Position numbers and translations under genes: made by a program. From an uncultured Methanosarcinaceae archaeon (GTDB taxonomy: Archaea; Halobacteriota; Methanosarcinia; Methanosarcinales; Methanosarcinaceae): 64,000 bases of DNA. This document shows positions 58,807 to 64,000 of the stretch, in pieces. The notes below the pieces were generated by a model, which saw only the letters and a list, made by a program, of their open reading frames with translations, was not told where the DNA came from and did no database searches. The stretch's first letter is position 1. Each line of letters opens with the position of its first letter. The stretch is taken from contig CAWJYV010000008.1 in NCBI GenBank assembly GCA_963847185.1, positions 896,001-960,000 on the forward strand. Reading direction: 5' to 3'.

Positions 58807-59271
58807 ATGGAAGATCCAAAAATGTTACTGGGCCCTATTGCCCACATCTACCGGAGCCATCTGGCATACATGGCAAAGGAACTCGAAGCTTACGGAGTCG
58901 GAAGCGGACAGTTTGAGTTTTTGCTCTTTTTATACCACAAAGATGGTGTTTCCCAGGAAACCCTTGCAAAAGTCCTGAAAGTGAGCAAAGCAACAAGTGC
59001 CAGAGCGATCCAGAATCTGGAAAAAGAAGGTTATGTTTACAGACAAAGGGACGAAAATGACCTTCGAGCTTACAGGGTTTACCTGACTGAAAAAGGGAAG
59101 GAAATGAGAGATATAATTTTTAACAAATTGACTTCTTTTATAAACATTCTCTTTTCGGATTTTACCCCGGAAGAAAAAGAAATTTTCAGGCTACTCATCC
59201 ATAAAGCTTCTATTAAACTTTTTGAGCCCGGCTTTGAGCCTCCGTCTGACAGGCCAGATGACATGAAGTAA
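58807..59271 (+). CDS. MarR-family transcriptional regulator
   Basis: GQFEFL..L...DGVSQ..LA..L.VSKAT.ARAI..LE..GYV.R..D..D.R..RVYLTEKG. Confidence 0.93.
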   Translation: MEDPKMLLGPIAHIYRSHLAYMAKELEAYGVGSGQFEFLLFLYHKDGVSQETLAKVLKVSKATSARAIQNLEKEGYVYRQRDENDLRAYRVYLTEKGKEMRDIIFNKLTSFINILFSDFTPEEKEIFRLLIHKASIKLFEPGFEPPSDRPDDMK

Positions 59272-59274
59272 AAA

Positions 59275-60699
59275 ATGAAAGAGACGAAAAACATGGATGA
59301 AAAAAGTGAGTTTCTTGGTAAAGATGATATAAAGAAGCTCCTGTTTAAGCTTTCAACTCCTGTGATCATCGGAATGCTGGTACAGGCTCTTTATAATGTT
59401 GTGGACACCTTTTTCGTGGGACTGGCGTATGGAGCAGATAGTGTCCAGGCCATAGGCGGGCTTTCGATAGCTTTTCCAGTCCAGATGATAATAATGGCCT
59501 TTGGAATTGTTCTCGGGACAGGAGGCTCTTCCATAATCTCACGTGCCCTTGGAGCACGAGAGTATAATAAAGCGGAAAGAGTCCTTGGAAATGTTTTTTC
59601 CCTGAGCTTAATTTTAAGTGTGCTTATAGCTATCCCCTGCCTTCTCTATCTTGACCCGATTTTGAAGATTTTCGGAGCAACTGCCGGAGTCCTGCCATAT
59701 GCCAGAGATTATCTTAAATATATAATTTTAGGAGGGATTTTTTTTGTCTTTGGAGTGGCTGTTCAGAATATTGTAAGATCTGAAGGAAATGCCCGCCTTG
59801 CAATGAATGCTATGCTTGTAGGAGGCGGCCTCAATATACTACTTGATCCCTTTTTCATGTTTGGTTTCGGGATGGGTGTTGAGGGTGCTGCAATCGCAAC
59901 CGTACTGTCACAAGCTGTAGCTTCTGTCTGGCTCCTGCTATATTATCTTAAAGGAAAAGGGACTGTTCATTTCAGGTCAGAAACCTTGAAACCGGATCCT
60001 GAAATCATTAAGGAAATAGGGGTTATCGGTACCGGATCTTTTGTAATGGAATGCTCGAGCAGTATCATGATGATTTTCGTGTACAATGCACTTGCAGTTT
60101 ATGGGGGAGATGTTGCAATTGCCGTTTTTGGCGTAGTAATGAAGATCAATTCTTTCATTTTCCTGCCTCTCCTGGGTATGGGTTTTGGCCTGCAGCCGAT
60201 TGTCGGATTTAACTACGGAGCAAAGAGGTATGGAAGGATAGCCGAAGCTGTAAAATTGTCTCTAGTAGCGGCAACAACCTTTGGACTTCTTGGCTTGCTT
60301 ATTATTTACCTTTTCAAAGAACAAATTCTGGGATTATTCAGTACAGATCCGAATTATCTGGCAGTTGGAGAAAACGCTGTGATGATTATGGTTCTGGGAA
60401 CGCCTTTGATAGGTTTGAATGTAGTCACATCAATCTTGTTCCAGGCCTTAGGAAAAGCCAAACCCGCTTTCCTTCTTTCTATTAGCCGGCAGCTTCTCTT
60501 CCTGATCCCTGCTGTCGTCTTCCTTCCCCGTTTATACGAACTGGATGGTGTCTGGGCAGCTTTTCCGGTATCGGATTTACTGGCATTCATGCTTTCCGGA
60601 TTTTTGCTTTTCAGGGTACACAGGATATTCAAAGAACATAAAGATTCTTCGAAGGTAGGTGCAGGATCAGAAATTACAGATAAGATAACTCACATATGA
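59275..60699 (+). CDS. MATE-family efflux transporter (MepA-like)
   Basis: P.IIGMLVQALYNVVD, ISRALGA, VRSEG, LNILLDP, QPIVGFNYGA; about 12 TMs. Confidence 0.93.
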   Translation: MKETKNMDEKSEFLGKDDIKKLLFKLSTPVIIGMLVQALYNVVDTFFVGLAYGADSVQAIGGLSIAFPVQMIIMAFGIVLGTGGSSIISRALGAREYNKAERVLGNVFSLSLILSVLIAIPCLLYLDPILKIFGATAGVLPYARDYLKYIILGGIFFVFGVAVQNIVRSEGNARLAMNAMLVGGGLNILLDPFFMFGFGMGVEGAAIATVLSQAVASVWLLLYYLKGKGTVHFRSETLKPDPEIIKEIGVIGTGSFVMECSSSIMMIFVYNALAVYGGDVAIAVFGVVMKINSFIFLPLLGMGFGLQPIVGFNYGAKRYGRIAEAVKLSLVAATTFGLLGLLIIYLFKEQILGLFSTDPNYLAVGENAVMIMVLGTPLIGLNVVTSILFQALGKAKPAFLLSISRQLLFLIPAVVFLPRLYELDGVWAAFPVSDLLAFMLSGFLLFRVHRIFKEHKDSSKVGAGSEITDKITHI

Positions 60700-60819
60700 T
60701 AGTTTATAATAGAGTATTCAGATCATTCAATGGAAAAAATGGAAGTTATGGGCAGAAAGAATTGAATCCCATTTCCTTAAAAATTCAAATAATTGGCGAT
60801 TAACTCTTAGAGGCTATGT

Positions 60820-61770
60820 ATGACACTCACTGAAATAATAGAATCTTTTAAAGTGAGATTGAATCCCTCAAAAATTATGAACTCGCTCGAAAAAGCAGCG
60901 AGTTTCTCAGAGGGATCAGAGAATGATTCGGGGGGAAATAATTCAGGAGAGGATCTAAAAAATAATCCATACAGCAACTTGGGAAGTGACTCTGTTAAGG
61001 CAGTAATGATCTCTCAAAACAATGAAGAACCTCTAATTAAACTTATTAATGTCTGGAAAATTTACCAGATGGGGGAGGTCGAATTTGCAGCCCTTAAGGG
61101 AATAAACCTGGAAATCTACGAAGGGGAGTTTCTTATCATTCTCGGGCCCAGCGGAAGCGGGAAAAGTACACTTATGAACCTTTTGGGTTGCCTGGATATT
61201 CCATCAGAAGGCACTGTCTACCTGAACTCAAAAGATATCTCAAAACTCGACGAATCGGAACTGGCCATTATAAGAGGACAGATGATCGGCTTCATATTCC
61301 AGAGCTTCAACCTTATTCCCACTCTCAGTACGGAGGAAAACGTACTTTTACCCATGGAATTCCAGGAAGAGGATAGACAAATAGCCCGAAAAAAAGCAGC
61401 GTACCTGCTTGAGATTGTCGGACTTTCAAACAAGAAACATAACCTTCCATCTCAGCTCTCAGGCGGACAGAAGCAAAGAGTTGCAATAGCCCGTTCTCTT
61501 GCTGTGAACCCGCCTATAATCCTGGCAGATGAGCCCACAGGAAACCTGGATACAAAGACCGGGAATTACATCCTGGAATTTCTGGATGGGTTGCACGAAA
61601 GAGAAGGAAAGACCATCATCATTGTAACGCATGACCTTGAACTTGTAAAGTATGCAACAAGAGTTGTGTATATCAGGGACGGCGAAATTGAAAAAATAGA
61701 AATACGTACGAAAAGCGAATCAAGTACGAAAAGCGAACCAAGTACGAAAAGCGAGCCAAATCCGAATTGA
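60820..61770 (+). CDS. ABC transporter ATP-binding protein (LolD/MacB type)
   Basis: [40 protein letters not shown]. The start may lie downstream (e.g. 61006). Confidence 0.93.
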   Translation: MTLTEIIESFKVRLNPSKIMNSLEKAASFSEGSENDSGGNNSGEDLKNNPYSNLGSDSVKAVMISQNNEEPLIKLINVWKIYQMGEVEFAALKGINLEIYEGEFLIILGPSGSGKSTLMNLLGCLDIPSEGTVYLNSKDISKLDESELAIIRGQMIGFIFQSFNLIPTLSTEENVLLPMEFQEEDRQIARKKAAYLLEIVGLSNKKHNLPSQLSGGQKQRVAIARSLAVNPPIILADEPTGNLDTKTGNYILEFLDGLHEREGKTIIIVTHDLELVKYATRVVYIRDGEIEKIEIRTKSESSTKSEPSTKSEPNPN

Positions 61771-61779
61771 GGAATTAAA

Positions 61780-63102
61780 ATGAAAAAATTCTCTTTACTA
61801 ACACCCTTACTATTATTACTACTATTTTCAGCATCCGTATTCCTGTTTACAGATACATCACTAGGTGCATCAAATGGGAACATAAATTCTGCATATGTAC
61901 AGGTAAATCTAACCAATCAAAACCCTGATTATGCCCGTCCCGGAGAACCTGTTGAACTCACTGTCAGTATTCAAAATGTAGGAAATGCTGACTTAAAAGA
62001 TATAGCAGTCTCAGTTAATTCGGAATATCCTTTCACTAAGGTTTCTGGAGAAAGTCTTGTAAAAGAAGTTTCTTATCTGAATGCAAGACAGGACGACGAT
62101 GATGCAGCGGTCCTCAAATTCAAACTCATGACAGATGCTAACGCATCTGCAGGAACCTATGATATAGACATCACAACCACTGCAAAAGAAAGTGGGGACT
62201 CATCAAATACAATTACTACTACAAAAACGATTCAGCTCGAAGTAAAGGGCAAAGAATACGCTCAGGTCGTGACTATAAGCAAAGCGAATATTGATATTGC
62301 AAAAGAAGAGCCTCTGGAGTTTATCATAACGAATACCGGAACTTCCCCTATCAAAAATATGGTAATCTCCTGGAAAGATCCAAAAGGTGTAATTCTACCT
62401 GTGTACTCTGACAACACAAAGTACATCAAATATCTGGAAGCCGGAGACTCCGCGACCGTATCTTACTCTGTCATGGCAGACGTGAATGCAGACCCCGGGC
62501 TATATACGCTAAATGTCTATCTCAGTTATGAAGACTATGAATCCAATGAACAAAGTATCAATACCACAGCAGGAATGTTTGTTGGTGGAGAGACTGATTT
62601 TGATGTTTCCTTCTCGGAAAGTGATGCTGGAGAAATATCTCTTTCCGTTGCAAATGTGGGTAACAACATTGCATACTCAGTGAAAGTATCGGTTCCTGAT
62701 CAGGACGGGTATAAGGTATCAGGAAGCTCGTCAACAATTGTAGGAAATCTCGAGAAAGGAGACTATACAATCGCTTCCTTTAACGTTGCAAGCACAGAGA
62801 ATGCTGCAGGAATTGAGGGGGAAAGTGCAGGAAAAAATATGACTTCTGGCTCCACGGAGTCCGATCCTCTAAAAGTCCGGATTGAGTACACGGATGCAAA
62901 AGGAGAGAGAATAACGGTTGATAAGGAAGTAAAACTCGAAATGACTTCCACTGGAAATACGACTACAGGTTCGGGAGGCCAAAATAGAAGCAGTGGTTTT
63001 GGTTCATACTTGCTCTACATTGTGATAATAGCGCTTGCAGGGGGAGTATTTGTCTATCGAAGTAAAATTCAGGAAAAATTGAAGGCAAGAAGAGATAAAT
63101 AA
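61780..63102 (+). CDS. COG1361-type S-layer-domain / CARDB-like protein associated with an ABC exporter
   Basis: Signal peptide, QNPD.ARPGE, repeated I.N.G beta-sandwich units, C-terminal TM plus basic tail. Confidence 0.82.
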   Translation: MKKFSLLTPLLLLLLFSASVFLFTDTSLGASNGNINSAYVQVNLTNQNPDYARPGEPVELTVSIQNVGNADLKDIAVSVNSEYPFTKVSGESLVKEVSYLNARQDDDDAAVLKFKLMTDANASAGTYDIDITTTAKESGDSSNTITTTKTIQLEVKGKEYAQVVTISKANIDIAKEEPLEFIITNTGTSPIKNMVISWKDPKGVILPVYSDNTKYIKYLEAGDSATVSYSVMADVNADPGLYTLNVYLSYEDYESNEQSINTTAGMFVGGETDFDVSFSESDAGEISLSVANVGNNIAYSVKVSVPDQDGYKVSGSSSTIVGNLEKGDYTIASFNVASTENAAGIEGESAGKNMTSGSTESDPLKVRIEYTDAKGERITVDKEVKLEMTSTGNTTTGSGGQNRSSGFGSYLLYIVIIALAGGVFVYRSKIQEKLKARRDK

Positions 63103-63171
63103 TCCGGAAATAAAAAACCTGAAAGCCAGAACGCCTGAAAAATAGCATCATTAGTAAATGGAGGACGTAGG

Positions 63172-64000
63172 ATGAGAAACTCAACCTACCTTAAAATGGG
63201 TCTGAACATGCTTCTGCATAGTAAACTTCGAAGCTGGCTGACCATTATCGGGATAGTTATAGGAGTCGGATCTGTAATTGGCATTATTTCTTTAGGGGAT
63301 TCTATGGAGGCAAACGTACAGAGCAAGCTAGCTGATCTGGATCTGACAAAAATAACCATAAGCCCTGGGTATACTAAAGCATCATCTAACGTGCATGGCC
63401 CTCCTAGAATGGAGGGTAGTACATCGACAGATGCTGAATTAACAAAAGATGATATTGACGCACTCCAGGGCTTGGAAAATATACGATATATTGAAGGAGA
63501 AATTTCTGGCAGGGAAGAGGTGAGATATTCAGGAGAAACTGCAACTCTTTCAATTACAGGTGTGGATCCCCAGGTCTGGAAGTACATGACTACTCTGAAA
63601 ACGCAATCAGGGAGATTGCTCGAACCAGCAGATAAATATGTTGCAGTGATTGGAAGCGAAATTGCCAGTGAAACTTATGACCATGAAATTGGAGTCAACC
63701 AGGTAATATCAATAAACAACAAATCAGTTCGGGTTGTCGGAGTACTGGAAGAAAAAGGAGAGGGAGACGACTCTAAAATCTATATGCCAATAGATGGAGC
63801 AGTAGATCTTATAGAAGATGCGGAAGAAGATGTTTATGATACCATCACTGTAAAAGCCAAGAGTGAAGATCTTGTGGACGGACTGATGGGAAACATCGAA
63901 AAAAAGCTCATGATCTCAAGACATATCATCCAGGAAGATGACAGGGACTTTTCCATAATGGCCTCCAAGTCTTTGGCTGAATCTGTGACCGAAATGATGA
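63172..64000 (+). CDS. ABC transporter permease (MacB/FtsX type), 3'-truncated by the window
   Basis: Manual translation MRNSTYLKMGLNMLLHSKLRSWLTIIGIVIGVGS..., GRLL and AVIG motifs; GGAGG SD; frame appears open to the window end. Confidence 0.9.
   Translation, partial: MRNSTYLKMGLNMLLHSKLRSWLTIIGIVIGVGSVIGIISLGDSMEANVQSKLADLDLTKITISPGYTKASSNVHGPPRMEGSTSTDAELTKDDIDALQGLENIRYIEGEISGREEVRYSGETATLSITGVDPQVWKYMTTLKTQSGRLLEPADKYVAVIGSEIASETYDHEIGVNQVISINNKSVRVVGVLEEKGEGDDSKIYMPIDGAVDLIEDAEEDVYDTITVKAKSEDLVDGLMGNIEKKLMISRHIIQEDDRDFSIMASKSLAESVTEMM

Overview
Window from a methanogenic archaeon, very likely a Methanosarcina species. This is inferred from gene content: ahbC-hemD-cobA, PKD/PGF-pre-PGF surface proteins, a DUF1724-type regulator, archaeal valS/leuS and typical short degenerate intergenic repeats. 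1-16.7 kb is a chemotaxis-archaellum locus: cheB (frameshifted)-cheA-cheC-cheD-cheR, four archaellins arranged as two duplicated A/B pairs, arlCDE-G-F-H-I-J and an extra membrane protein. Next come valS, an orphan cheY beside a HAD/HAD/phosphotransferase cluster, a Moco lipoprotein, heme/tetrapyrrole genes, a GH13 enzyme, rnz, an unannotated class II aaRS-like protein and fae. A tandem-duplicated PKD surface-protein cassette is bracketed by two paralogous antitoxin-like genes. The rest holds a chagasin lipoprotein, a low-GC McrBC-type restriction module with an unfamiliar McrB N-terminal domain and a split mcrC, pepN, thrC, leuS, marC, a marR-MATE unit with three candidate operators, and an ABC export system cut by the window end. 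No rRNA, tRNA, CRISPR array or intact transposase was seen. All calls come from motif recognition by eye; no database searches were run.
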